From positions 17,236,001 through 17,300,000 of the forward strand of contig OX597823.1 of the NCBI GenBank assembly GCA_951406725.2: a stretch of 64,000 nt of DNA, in the 5' to 3' direction. The stretch is from Octopus vulgaris (taxonomy: Eukaryota). A program made the translations under genes and the position numbers. The notes beneath the pieces are model-generated. The model saw only the letters and a list, made by a program, of their open reading frames with translations, was not told the DNA's origin and searched no databases. This document shows, in pieces, positions 29,441 through 43,371 of this stretch (its first letter is position 1; each line of letters begins with the position of its first letter).

Positions 29441-29656
29441 CGACGAGCTTCTTTCAGTTTCCGTCTACCAAATCCACTCACAAGGCTTTGGTCAGCCCGA
29501 GGCTATAGTAGAAGACACTTGCCCAAGGTGTCACGCAGACAAACACTCGCAAATAACATTATAGAATTCCTGCAGGAATTAATGGAATTGGTGATAATCA
29601 CGACAAATCAATTCCGGTTACTGAGCGATGTGAGCATGAACAAATACAGATAGAAA

Positions 29657-29700
<44 letters not shown>

Positions 29701-29845
29701 TATAAGCGACTGGTTTCCACACGGTTTCCGTCTACCAAACTCTCTTACAAGGCATTGGTCAGCTCGGACTAAAAGTTGAAGACGCTCAAAGTACCGCTCA
29801 GTGGAACTGAACCCCGAACAATGTGATTGCAAAGCTAGCTTCTAT

Positions 29846-29884
<39 letters not shown>

Positions 29885-31611
29885 TGGTTATTTAAAAAAG
29901 AGAAGTTTAATTGAATGGTTATATGAAAGAGAATTTCAAAAGTCCGGTCGAAACCAATGACAAAGAAACTGTTTACTGAAATTCTCTTTCATATAATCGA
30001 TCAATATCTGCATTTGGACTTCAATTTTTAAAATAAATTCTCCTTTGAATCCTAAACTAATTTTCAAATGAAGTTAAATTTAACTTTTTATTTCGTATCG
30101 ATTCTTCGACGGAATTTTACACATTTTGCTCAGCGTACACTTTTTCGCATAAGTTAACACAATTTTGTAATAAATTACTCATTGTTGCTTAACTCTAGGC
30201 TACATTTACGATGAAGGGTGTTTTGGTCATGTACATCTTGTCTTTTTATATTGATATGATGGATCTTGGACTGCTTTATACAAACGTGTCGAAGATGTGT
30301 TGTTTAAGATGGGGGGGGGGGGGCATGCTTGAGGGCGAATTGGGTACCTATTTCAAACAAATCGAATAACGCAAACAGTTTCCTCGATGGTTTAAATGAG
30401 ACACCATTTCCTTCTAAATGGTTGTTTTCAACCATTTGGAGTTATTTATGTTGCTCCACAACTGGAAAAGGCATTGGCGTCTTACTGGCAGTGTTACCTC
30501 GTCTTTTATTTTATTAGGGTCCCTAAGGAAGGGCAGCGCTCATGGGCTTTTTCTAGGTCTTTGAGGCGGTTAGCTATAAGTGAAAAAGCAATCTTCCGAC
30601 CGAAGACCTTGCTGAAATGCTTACAATAAATTAACCCAGTTAAAGTCACTCGAGGACCAGGTGGTACTATTAATGCAGACGATAGATTAAGTCTGTATCT
30701 TAAGAAAAGCCATAATCACGTCTAAATGCCAGAGTCTCGATACGAACCGTCGAACTTCCAGTCCGACGTCATCTCAACTAAGCTTCAACTCTTCATGTCA
30801 TTTTTGATGTTTGTTCGCAGGTTGTCGTTGAACGAGAGCAAACCTTGATAAAAAGTTTTCTAGCTAAGATCAACCTGTTCTTTTTTCTTTTTTTGTAGAA
30901 TAAATTATCCAGTGTGCCATTCTATTTTAAAGACAATGGGATGTAATTTGAAGGAGATTTGACTGCTATTTCTAGAAGGTTAAGCAACCACATAGAAGTC
31001 CCTTCGCTGGGTCGCTGCAACTTTTCACGTTTCTCCTGTATGCTGAAATAACTGTTTGCGACTTCGTTTACCTTGTATGGTAGACGTAAAACAAAAAAGA
31101 AACACGATAAAAAAAAAAACGACTATACATTTTTTTTTCTCTTTTACATTAAGAACGTCTTTCTGATCGAAATCAAACTTGTATAAAATCCTAAAAAAAA
31201 AAACAAAAGAAAGAAAAATGAAAAAAAAAAAATCAAAGAATGGTAACGAATGAAAAAAAAATTCTTCAAAAAGGTCAGAATACAATACTTGTAGCATTTA
31301 CATTCTCGCTATTCGTCTGAGGTATTTCGAGAAAATTGATTATAAAAGTCGAAACTTCTCTTGGCTGCTTTCTTTGTATCACAAGAAGAAAATTTTTGTT
31401 GTTATTGTTGTTGTTGTTAGCAATATGCTATGTATGCCTGTCTTTCTCAACACAGAAAGACAGAACAAACAGACAGACAGGCACACACACACACACACAC
31501 ACATACATACACACACACATACACACACATACATACACAGACACACACACTCACACACAGACACACAGACACACACACACTTACACACACACACTCACAC
31601 ACACACACACA

Positions 31612-31646
<35 letters not shown>

Positions 31647-32289
31647 TCACGCATCTCTTCTTCTTCTTCTTCTTCTTCTTCTTCAGTCTTTAATTTCCTG
31701 TTTACTATTTATACGTGCATCAGTCTGGCTTTGCAGACAAACACTCGCAAATAACATTATAGAATTCCTGCAGGAATTAATGGAATTGGTGATAATCACG
31801 ACGACGACGGCAACAACAACAACAACAACAACGATAACAACGGTAACTATAAATTAACCGCAAAAACAAAATAACAATGCCAAGAACTACAACAACAAAA
31901 GCAACATTTCTGCTATTGTCAATAGAACAGCGATTATTTCTTTTAGCGGGGATTTACCAAAGAGACAAACCTTAAGCATTGCCGTTTATTTCTTAATCTT
32001 TTTTTTAACCTTTTCCTCCGTCTTTCTCAACATGATATACTATTTTACTCTTTTACTTGTTTCAGTCATTTGACTGCGGCCATGCTGGAGCACCGCCTTT
32101 AGTCGAGCAACTCGACCCCAGGACTTATTCTTTTGTAAGCCCAGTACTTATTCTATCGGTCTCTTTTGCCGAACCGCTAAGTAACGGGGGACATAAACAC
32201 ACCAGCATCGGTTGTCAAGCAATGCTAGGTGGACAAACACAGACACACAAACACACACACGCATATATATATATATATACATATATACG

Positions 32290-33540
32290 GTTTTCAATAT
32301 CTCTAAGAAGCGTGTAGTGTGGGTCACCTTGTCCCTATCATGCAAGTTCATTTCTGGCATATCCTATTTTGGCAACGAGTGGAAGCGCTGAAATGTACTG
32401 AACAAACATCTCTACTGGCTGCTTTCCTGTAGAACTCAGTATGGATCTCTCCTTCTTCCGTTATTTTCAGTTGGAAGTCAAGTAGCGATAGTGATCCAGT
32501 GTCGTCGGGATGTTCTATAGTGAACTGTATGTTCATGTCCATGTTATTGACCATCGAGGAGGCGCAATGGCCCAGTGGTTAGGGCAGCGGACTCGCAGTC
32601 ATAGGATCGCGGTTTCGATTCCCAGACCGGGCGTTGTGAGTGTTTATTGAGCGAAAACACCTAAAGCTACACGAGGCTCCGGCAGGGGATGGTGGTGATC
32701 CCTGCTGTACTTTTTCACCACAACTTTTTCTCACTCTTACTTCCTGTTTCTGTTGTACCTGTATTTCAAAGGGCCGACCTTGTCACTCTCTGTGTCACGC
32801 TGAATATCCCCGAGAACTACGTTAAGGGTACACGTGTCTGTGGAGTGCTCAGCCACTTACACGTTAATTTCACGAGCAGGCTGTTCCGTTGATTCGGATC
32901 AACCGGAACCCTCGTCGTCGAAACCGACGGAGTGCTTCCATCCATTGAACATCGAGAATATTCTGTCAGCCTCTTCACGAGAGGATGTGAGTATGAGGAT
33001 GCCATCTACATATCTGGTGAAGAAGGTGCATTAGCGGCAAATGTTGAGTGCTCGACGTTCCAGATGGTTCATATAGGTCTTGGCTAGTAGGCCCGAGAGA
33101 CTGGATCCCATGGGGAGACCTGTTGTCTGTTTATACATGTGATCATGGAAAGAGAAGTAGGTGTTGTCGACAATGATGGACAATAGTTGATGTATATCAG
33201 CTGCGGCAAGTCCGAAGCAATGTATGTCGGACGTTACTATGCAGTCAGTCAATAGACTGATCGCCGAGTGCGCTGATACCGTTGTGTACATTAAAACAAC
33301 GTCAAGACTAAAAGCATATCTGTTTTGCCTGAGTTGGTCTGGGGGCAGTTGGAACAGTCTTTGGTGACTTCGTCGGAGTTCTTGACGTGTCCAGGCAAGG
33401 TGGAGAGTATGAGTTTGAGTTTAGGATGTGAGAAAGTAGCCAGGATATTTTATTTAGAGGTCCTTCCACGCTGGAGACGATAGGTCTAATCCAGATCTTA
33501 TTGCTATCCTTGTGTGTTTTAAAGAGGTGATAGAATCTGA
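32290..33540 (-). pseudogene. Penelope-like element reverse transcriptase relic, interrupted by a SINE
   Basis: Minus-strand motifs FYHLFKTHKD, RPIVSSVEGP, AFSLDV, NTYFSFHDHMYKQTTGLPMGSSLSG, RYVDG and NIQFTIE..SLSLLD..EFYRK, with stops and frameshifts. Confidence 0.85.
32558..32943 (+). mobile_element. SINE family C inserted into the Penelope relic
   Basis: Near-identical to 43372-43755 and flanked by ATTGACCATCGAG / ATTGAACATCGAG (imperfect TSD). Confidence 0.85.
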
Positions 33541-33779
33541 GTAATCTACTGTTCTTTGTAATATCTGAAGAAGGAAGTTTTGTATTCCGAAATATTATAT
33601 CAGACTATGGATGATTAAATTATAACAGTCATTATAGTCCATTGTTGTTACTATAGTGCATTGGTGTACCATTCAAGACACATATTTTACAATCAATACA
33701 CGATGCTTCAAGCGAACTACAATACTCTCATATATATATATGCGTGTGTGTATGTGTTTGTGTGTGTGCGCGTGCGTGT

Positions 33780-33844
<65 letters not shown>

Positions 33845-34227
33845 CACGCTTCAGTAAAGTCAATCCCTATATATTTTATCTCGGCCAAGTCAGTTGGCAC
33901 TGACTTCTCTTATATTAGTTGCACGAAAGGCAAACGCATATGTTTTGGCATTTATCAAACATACCAATTTAAGGGAATGTAGAATATTAAAGGTAATTGT
34001 TCTATTGATCACCAGTAACCTATAAGCCAATTTAAGAGTTCTTCTGTTTGGCTGGATTTGAACACTAGACAAAAACCTAAACGACGATTCTTTTCTTCCT
34101 AAATTGGCACAAAACAAGTCATTTGTAAGGACGGAATATGTTCAAATGAATCGAAATCAGTATATTAGTTGTAGTTAATGTCATCGATTCCTGTAAATAT
34201 GAAAGACAATGTAGAAACCTTCCTCCG

Positions 34228-34306
<79 letters not shown>

Positions 34307-36657
34307 TCTCCCCCTCTCTCTCTCTCTATCCCCTCACTCATCGGTGGGATTTGAACTTAGAAGGAAAAGAGAGAGAGAGATCTAAGACATTTAAACCAGG
34401 CATTCTACCGTTTCGGACCAAGTCTAACTGTTTTACGTGTGCCATATTATTAGGCTCTTTGCGTAGACATAGTTGTGTGGTTAATGGTTTGCTTCCCAAC
34501 TTCGTGGTTTTGGATTCGATCCCGAAGCACGGCACCTCGGGCCTAACAAAAACCTTGTTAGTGAAACGTGATGAAAGGAAACTGTGCGACAGGCGATTGA
34601 AAAAGGCGGTTCCTTTGTTGGGTATTAGACTTAATCGTGGCCCTTGGGTGAGTGGAGTCTGCTCAATGACAAGCTTTTGGGTCAAATTTCCGATTTAAGC
34701 ATAACACTCTCCCAGCAATCTGAGAGGCCCTGGGAAATGTCATGGGGACTGCTCTTCACCCTCTAAGTTATTAAAAAAAGAAAGAAACCAAATCCTGTGT
34801 GATTTTGTTGTCTCAGTGTAAACAGGTTGTGTTCATTGATACTATTTTTTACTCACCTTTACAAAACATTCTCTGTTTAAAGCAAAGTGCTTTATATACC
34901 CAATGCTTTAGAAAAGTCCTTAAATGAATAATTGCTGAAAATTCTCGACATACTGTATAATTAACTCTCCTTGTTACGCTTTGTGTATTTTGAAGATACA
35001 CAATATAGTTGTCAATGTATTTGAAATAACTCTACTCCCAAAGTTTTTACCCCTGAGAATCGAGTCTCTGCTGTCACCTCATTAATTCACTGCTGTTTCC
35101 TGACATTATCTTAGCATAATGTGGGGCTCATACTTTTAAGAAATTCACAAAAGGAACTTTCGTTACATATTCATCGCATCCGTTACTAACAGACAAGTGA
35201 GTGTATATAAACTTCTAAATCTGAATGACATTATTGTCAACGAGAATACTGGGTTGCTTGGTTTGTATTTATTTATAGCTTGTTACCAACAAGGGCAATT
35301 TAAAACAGATAAATGGTCTGGATAAAAATACAGAAAAAAAGATATATACATATTCAGCATATGTCATGTGAAGAGGCACAGTTTGTTGTTCCAGTAACCT
35401 TTTAACCCCTACAGTCCTTGTCTATACATGTACAACCATAATCGTCTCAAGCACGTAGACAAGTCTATAAACACTACAAGACACAATTATAATACCATAT
35501 GTACAAGCCAATAAAAGCAACTTTACGAGGTCGCTGGATCTATTAGAAATAGCAGTCAAATCTAACTCAACTACACCATTTCTATTAATAAAGGGCGCGT
35601 TGTATAATACCTGCCTCTGTAAATAAGACGGGATAGTCACAACCGGAATGTCTTTGATTAAAGATGTGCTTAATTAGGGCCAATTTGGTGCTGAGCATCA
35701 GACCTACGACCAGAAATTTGGGTAGTGGAGGGACTTAGTCGATTAAATCGACCTCAGTTTTTGACTGGTATGTTATATCTATATCAATGATTGGCACACT
35801 CTAAAACATTGTGTCACAGGTCTGCTTCAGGAAGGCTGGATAAGAGTTAAACAATAATAAAACATTGAAGGTGAGTGATCTTAGTGACTGAAACGACCTC
35901 CGACTTTTATGAGTCCCGTCTATATTCCCTGCATTGATGATTGTATAGATCTTGAGATGGTTGGATGAAAAGTAAATATGATCCAAAAGGACATAAACTC
36001 AGAATTGCAGAGAAACATCTGTTGCTCGGCATGTAGTTTGGCATTTAAAGGTTTCTTACTTTAAATTTTTCTTCCCATTCATTGTTAGAGAAGGAAGAAA
36101 ATAAAATATATTCAAAGGCTTCTTACTTCTTACCGCCAAATATACCACAATCAACATCAACATATCTTCGTTAAGGACTAAATGCAAATGTTTAGTCATT
36201 TAAATTAAAATCAGCGTATTAAGTTTTTTTTTAGATTATCGACGTCGGAGAGATTAAAGCTTCGAGTGGATGCCATTAGTGATATTTGAACTTAGGATGC
36301 TTAAAGATGTAACTCAATGCTGCCAGCTCCATCTTTTGTGTTCACGCATTTTACGGTCACATATGTAATTAGATCTAGAAGGAATTATTTTGTTTGGTTA
36401 TTAGCAACAGTACATAAAAAAAATTAGTAGTATCAGATGTGTACTAATGGATAAAGAAAATTACATAAAATTGAGGTAGAAATTAGGGGCGGATGTGAAT
36501 CCGTTGCGACTGGAAGTAGTGATTGATTCACTGCCCCCAGTCATTGAACACGATCGACTGGATGAACTAGTGATTGTTAGATAGTAAAGGTTTTTTAAAA
36601 TTTCTGTAATGTTATTGTGAAAGACATTTTTTCCTAAAAGAGAAACAGAAAATATAT

Positions 36658-36889
36658 ATTTTTTTATTGCCCACAAGGGGCTAAACATAGAGGGGACAAA
36701 CAAGGACAGACAAAGGGATTAAGTCGATTACATCAACGCCAGTGCGTAACTGGTACTTTATTTATCGACCCCGAAAGGATGAAAGGCAAAGTCGACCTCG
36801 GCAGAATTTGAACTCACAACGTAACGACAGACGAAATACGGCTACGCATTTCGCCCGGCGTGCTAACGTTTCTGCCAGCTCGCCGCCTT
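36658..36889 (-). mobile_element. tRNA-derived SINE (family A) monomer with a Tx1-like tail and a 16-bp TSD
   Basis: Head GGCGAGCTGGCAGAAACGTTAGC...GAGTTCAAATTC (A/B boxes) and tail TTAGCCCCTTGTGGGCAATAAA. TSD GAAACAGAAAATATAT at 36642-36657 and 36890-36905. Confidence 0.85.
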
Positions 36890-36939
36890 GAAACAGAAAA
36901 TATATGCGATACATTGACTGAAAAAAAAAATTAAAGAAG

Positions 36940-37128
36940 ACTCAATAACGTCGCTCGGTGTGGGGTTCAAGTGGTGTCATTCCACCCCACCATTCATTTT
37001 CTCTCATCTTTTTTCATTCGCTTTTTTCCCCACTTTTGTGTTTTTTTGTTTGTACTGTCCTGTTTGTTTTGCACTGTCCCACATGTATTTGTCCCTGTGT
37101 ATTTAGCCTCTTGTGGGTAATTAAAAAA
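36940..37128 (+). mobile_element. Probable 3' UTR relic of another Tx1-like LINE
   Basis: T-rich tract ending TGTATTTGTCCCTGTGTATTTAGCCTCTTGTGGGTAATTAAAAAA, similar to the LINE terminus at 62320-62365. Confidence 0.55.
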
Positions 37129-40100
37129 CCATTGTTACAGTTATCTGAAATGGACCTGTCAAAGCGCGATATTCGAGCAATTTTGCTACCCACATTTTAC
37201 CCATTTTTACCATATGGGGCCCCTAAAATGAGGCATAACTTGGGGCGATCGGTCGACTTACAGCACCGTTTTTCGACCCCAGGACTTATTCCTTGTAAGC
37301 CTGATAGATATTCCATCGGTCTCTTTAGCCGAACCGCTACGTTACGGGGAATTAAACATACCAACACCGTTGTCAAGTGATGGTGTGTGTGTGTGTGTGT
37401 GTGTTTGAGTGTGTGTTTGTGTATTTGAGAGTTTGTGCGTGTGTGCAGTCACTGTATTTTTTTAAAATTTCAATTGATATACAGGCGCAGGAGTGGCTGT
37501 GTGGTAAGTAGCTTGCTAACCAACCACATGGTTCCGGGTTCAGTCCCACTGCGTGGCATCTTGGGCAAGTGTCTTCTGCTATAGCCCCGGGCCGACCAAT
37601 GCCTTCTGAGTGGATTTGGTAGACGGAAACTGAAAGAAGCCTGTCGTATATATGTATATATATATGTATGTGTGTGTGTTTGTGTGCTGGTGTGTGTAAC
37701 ATACCCCGTCACTTAGCGGTTCGGCAAAAAGAGACCGATAGAATAAGTACTGGGCTTACAAAGAATAAGTCCTGGGGTCGATTTGCTCGACTAAAGGCGG
37801 TGCTCCAGCATGGCCGCAGTCAAATGACTGAAACAAGTAAAAGAAAAAAGAAAAGAAAACAAAGATATCGCGACTAGTTTGAAATATTGTATGTAAATCA
37901 CAATATCTACTCTCTCTCTCTCCTCTGTTTGTGCATGCTCTCAGAGTAATGAAAATGAATACAGTAACGTATACACATAGCACGGGTTCTTTACAATCTT
38001 TCTAACAAGACACCGTTGTTTATAGTAACAGACGTATTGGCAACAAATAAATATAACGAACAGAAAAATATTATAAAGGAAGCAGAACGAATGTTAAGTG
38101 GCGCTCGTACTTTCACACAAACATACGCTCACCGGCGTATACACAGATAATTAAGCGAGCAAATTCCTAAACTAACGAGACTAACAAACCACTCAGTCGT
38201 TGAAGGAACATTCTTAGACACTTGAAGTGTTCATGCTGTTATCTGGGGCAAGTGACTTCATCAGTTTATCTCAGGCCGAACTTATATGCTAACGCGAGTT
38301 TTTGAAATCGCCCCTGTGTCAGCTGAGGAAAAACTTTGTCAACTTCGCAGTGACCTCGCTCTGTATTGAAGAAGTAAGTTTTATCAGAAACTGGAAGATA
38401 GCAACAGAAATATTGATTTCATGAATTCCCGCGTTGCCATAAGAATCGGAATTCTATTACTTACCTGATGTTTATTTTATCGATCCCACAGAAATGGAAA
38501 GCAAAGCAAAACAAACCGGATCATCCCGCCCTCGCCATCACACCACCTCGTCTTCCTGCTCTTCTTTCTTCTTCAACCCCAGGTCAGCCCTAGTCGATCA
38601 AGCTTCTGATTAAAGAAGCTCTAACCATTACTATCAGTCTCCCCCACCCAAGCATTGTGTAACCTAGATTGTAAAAGTGTAAATTGTGAGGGTTATGGCT
38701 GTTATTGCTAGCGGGTCAATCGACCACGCAGCGGTTCCCTTATTTACTCTGAAGACAAACTGTAGTTGTTCAGTTTGAATATTGAAAGTAAATCGTGCTC
38801 AACGTGAGAAATTACACCAGTGTACGAAGTTTCAAACTGATTAGTTAAAAAAATATAATTAAACAATCTGTGAGCGAAACTGAACAGATTCATCAACTCT
38901 ACTATTATCAACTTTGTTGCTCCATACTAGATTTCTCGAAATCCTGCCCTGCTCATTCTTTTCTCGACTTTGGCGCCGAAACAGTGCGTAATGTCTCCTG
39001 ATGACCCCTAAAACCTACTGACGTCCGTTGTGCGAAGTTTTTTTTCACTGACTGCACTTGCGCAAGCAAGCTGTCATTGTGTTTGTCTTAGTGTTCAATT
39101 GTGTAAGTGATATACTTTAAACAGTCTTATCTATAGTACAAAATCGAAGCTATAATTGAAGTCTTTGACATAATTAAATCATATATAAAGGTCAATATAT
39201 TTATGTAAATTTAGGTTTGAAACTGGAAGTAAGAACATTTATAGACATTGGAATTATCTGGGGACCTGCTAGCAATTTTCTAAAGTAGATCCCCTGGAGA
39301 GATGGTTATATTTGGCGGTTGATCTATAAAGGTTAAGGACTATGAATAACTTGAAAAATATTGATTCTTTAACTTGAAACAAGACCACAAATTTGTAGAC
39401 GAGTTGTATAATTTGCAGAAAATCAGCACAAGTAATTAGTTATAGTCTGTCTCGAGCTCTAGGACGCACAGGGCTGGTTACCCGGCTTCCATGATGTATT
39501 AGCAACCAAGATCACAACTGAGCCCCTGAAAGGGACGGCAGTCCGTCGTAAGGTTTCTCATTTATAGCTGAGTGGACTGGGGTAAACATGAAATGAAGTG
39601 TTTTGCTCAAGAACACAACGCATCGCCCGGTCCGGGAATCGAAACCACAAACTTGCGATCGTGAATGCAACACTTAACCGTTAGGCCTCGCGCCATGATT
39701 GGTGTCTGTTTTATCGATCTCGAAGATTTAATAGGCTAAGTCAAACGAATGGTATTTGATATCAGAACAACTTAGATTGAGCAAAATGAAAGAATCGAAG
39801 ACAATTCATTTCTAACATCGGTACATTTATCTTCTTTTAACTTTTACCTTTTACTTGTTTCAGTCATTTGACTGCGGCCATGCTGGAGCACCGCCTTTAA
39901 TCGAGCAAATCGACCCCGGGACTTATTCTTTGTAAGCCCAGTACTTATTCTATCGAACTCTTTTGCCGAACCGCTAAGTGACGGGGACGTAAACACACCA
40001 GCATCGGTTGTCAAGCAATCACAAGGCATTGGTCGGCCCGGGGCTATAGCAGAAGACACTTGCCCAAGATGCCACGCAGTGGGACTGAACCCGGAGCCAT

Positions 40101-40677
40101 GTGGTTGGTTAGCAAGCTACTTACCACACAGCCACTCGCCCATAATTTTTTTTGGAGGGGGTGGATCTAGTCGATAATAGCCTTATGTTGTCGAGAGAGA
40201 GATAAACAAAGATACATGCAAGTAATCGCATACACACACAAACGTCTATACATACAAACCATTTTGTCCGGTACTCTCATCCTCTACTTTAACGAGGTTT
40301 TCAAATTAGGAGCAGAGGAGTTAGTTGATACCATCGGCCCCAGTAGTTCATTGATACTTAATTTAAGTCTGGTGCTCTTATCAGTTTCTTTTAACGAACC
40401 GTTAAGTTTCAGGGACATCTACTGATCAATACATGTTGTCGAGAGAGAGAAACAAAGATACATGCAAGTTCGCATACACACACAAACGTCTATACATACG
40501 ACAGGTTTTCGTAGAGTTTCCGTCTACCAAATTAACCCATAAAACATTGGTCAAACCGGGGCTATAGTCGAAGACAAATACTCAAAGTGCTGTGCAGTGA
40601 GACTGACCCTGAAGTCGAATGGTTTCGAAGTGCTCTTCTTAACCATACGATCATAATTATATTATTTTCGTGGTGTA

Positions 40678-41275
40678 AGGCGGCAAGATGGCAGAAACAT
40701 TAGCACGCCGGCTGCAATGCTAGCGGTATTTCGTCTGTCTTCACGTTCTGAGTTCAAATTCCACCGAGGTCGACTTTGCCTTTCACCCTTTCGGGGTTGA
40801 TAAATTAAGTACCAGTTGCGCACTGGGGTCGATATAATCGACTTGATCCGTTTGTCTGTCCTTGTTTGTCCTCTCTGTGTTTAGCCCCTTGTGGGCAATA
40901 AAGAAATAGGTATTTCGTCTGTCTTCACGTTCTGAGTTCAAATTCCACCGAGGTCGACTTTGCCTTTCACCCTTTCGGGGTTGATAAATTAAGTACCAGT
41001 TGCGTACTGGGGTCGATCTAATCGACTAGCCCCCCCCCAAAAAAAATTTCGGGTCTTTTGTCTAGAGTAGAAAAGAATCGTTAGCGCGCCGAGCAAAAGG
41101 CTTAGCGGCATTTCGTCCGTCTTCACGCTCTGAGTTCAAATTCCGCCGAAGTCAACTTTACCTCTCATTCTTTCGGTGTCGATAAAGTAGGTACCATGTT
41201 GAGCAGTGGGGTCGATGTAATCGATTAGCTCCTACCCTGAACTTGCTGGCATCGTGCCAAAATTTGAAACCATTA
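40678..41275 (+). mobile_element. SINE family A multimer
   Basis: Same head and the same internal restart at AGGTATTTCGTCT (~40908); a third diverged unit starts at ~41075. Confidence 0.8.
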
Positions 41276-42166
41276 TTTTCACGGTGTGCCTGGTTACTTC
41301 TCGTGGCACACCAGTATACTGAGAGGCACTGTTTGTCAACCACTGACATAGGGGAACAAAATAAATGTTCCTTCTCAAGCCATGCCAGGCTCATAAGGGC
41401 CGCTTTCCCGGTTTCAGTAGCGTAGAAATTCCGTACCTGGACGGGACGCCGGTCCGTCGCAGGATTACTCATTTTTGCCTGCTGAGTGGACTGGAGCAAC
41501 GTGAAATGAAGTGTTTTGCTCAAGAACACAACGCATCACCCGGTCCAGGAATCGAAAGCACAACCTTACGATCAGGAATTCAACACCCTAACCACTAAGA
41601 CACGCGCCTCCACCAATCACTGACATCTAAACATTACAATATAAATACTCTATATATCATTGTTTATGTTGTTCTATTGGAGGCGCAATGGCCCAGTGGT
41701 TAGGGCAGCGGACTCGCGGTTTCGATTCCCAGACCGGGCCGTGTGTGTGTTTATTGAGCGAAAATACCTAAACAGCACCACGAGGCTCCGGCAGAGGGTG
41801 GTGGCGATCCTTGTTGTTTTCTTTCGCCCCAACTTTCTCTCACTCTCTCTTCCTGTTTCTTGAGTAACGCTGCGATGGAATGGCGTCCCGTCTAGCTGGG
41901 GTGGGGGAGGGGAACACATACGCCACAGAAACCGGAAAACCGGGCCCATGAGCCTGGCTAGGCTTGAAAAGGGCGCATAAATAAATAAGATAACTGTTCT
42001 ATTTACAACGTAGCAACAGAAATATTGGTTAGGAGACAAATATAAAATTAGGCAACATTTCAGGATTCAACCACTTGTACATATACATTACTACGATTAA
42101 CCCACATACATAGATATACATTTTACAGACACGCGTATATAAGTATTATTATTTATACACATAAAA

Positions 42167-42985
42167 CGGCGAGCTGGCAGAATTGTTAGCATGCTGTTCG
42201 AAATGCTTAGCGGCGAGCTGGCAGAAACGTTAGCACGCCGGGCGAAATGCGTAGCCGTATTTTGTCTGTCGTTACGTTCTGAGTTCAAATTCCGCCGAGG
42301 TCGACTTTGCCTTTCATCCTTTCGGGGTCGATAAATTAAGTACCAGTTACGTACTGGGGTCGATGTAATCGACCTAATACCTATGTCTGTCCTTGTTTGT
42401 CCCCTCTGTCTTTAGCCCCTTGTGGGTAATAAAGAAATAGGTATTTCGTCTGTCCTTACGTTCTGAGTTCAAATTCCGCCGAGGTCGACTTTGCCTTTCA
42501 TCCTTTCGGGGTCGATTAAATAAGTACCAGTTACGCACTGGGGTCGATATAATCGACTTAATACCTATGTCTGTCCTTGTTTGTCCTCTCTGTGTTTAGC
42601 CCTTTGTGGGTAGTAAAAAAATAGGTATTTCGTCTGCCGTTACGTTCTGAGTTCAAATTTCGCCGAGGTCGACTTTGCCTTTCATCCTTTCGGGGTCGAT
42701 AAATTAAGTACCAGTTACGCACTGGGGTCGATATAATCAACTTAATCCGTTTGTCTGTCCTTGTTTGTCCTCTCTGTGTTTAGCCCCTTGTGGGTAGTAA
42801 AAAAATAGGTAGTAAAGAAATAGGTATTTCGTCTGCCATTACGTTCTGTGTTCAAATTCCGCCGAGGTCGATTTTGCCTTTCATCCTTTCGATAAATTAA
42901 GTACCAGTTGCGAACTGGGATCAATGTAATCGACTGGTCCCCTCCCCCAAATTTCAGGCCTTGTGCCTATAATAGAAAGGATTAT
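42167..42985 (+). mobile_element. SINE family A tandem multimer (four units)
   Basis: ~185-bp units each restart at AGGTATTTCGTCTG (~42439, ~42623, ~42822) after a GCCCCTTGTGGG-type tail; the last unit has the alternative GGCCTTGTGCC tail. Confidence 0.85.
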
Positions 42986-43371
42986 TTATACACATAAACA
43001 TGGAGGGTTTTCCGTCGGCTTCGACGATGAGGATTCAGTTGTTGAATTAACTGAATTATCCGTTCATTGAATTAGCATCTATGCGGCTGAGCATTTCACC
43101 GTCAGATGTGTACTCTTAACGTTATTCTCGGGAAGAATCAACATGGGAATGCATGACAAGGTTGTACTTTTGAATTAAATGTACAATCCATCCGTGGAGG
43201 CACATGGCCTAGTTGTTAGAGCAGCGGTCGAGGGATTGCGGGTTCGAATTTCAGACCGGGCTATGTGTGTGTTTATGAGCAAAACACCTAAGCTCCACAC
43301 GGCTCTGGCAGAAAGTAATGGCGAAACTTCTGCTGACTCTTGCGCCACAACTTTCTCTCACTCTTTCCTCT

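Noticed and set aside
38975-39010. GAAA...TA...CTGATGA resembling a permuted hammerhead
   Set aside because: Stems I and II cannot be formed convincingly.
42212-42985. Regularly spaced repeats suggesting a CRISPR array
   Set aside because: Whole ~185-bp units repeat with no unique spacers; this is eukaryotic SINE sequence with no cas genes.
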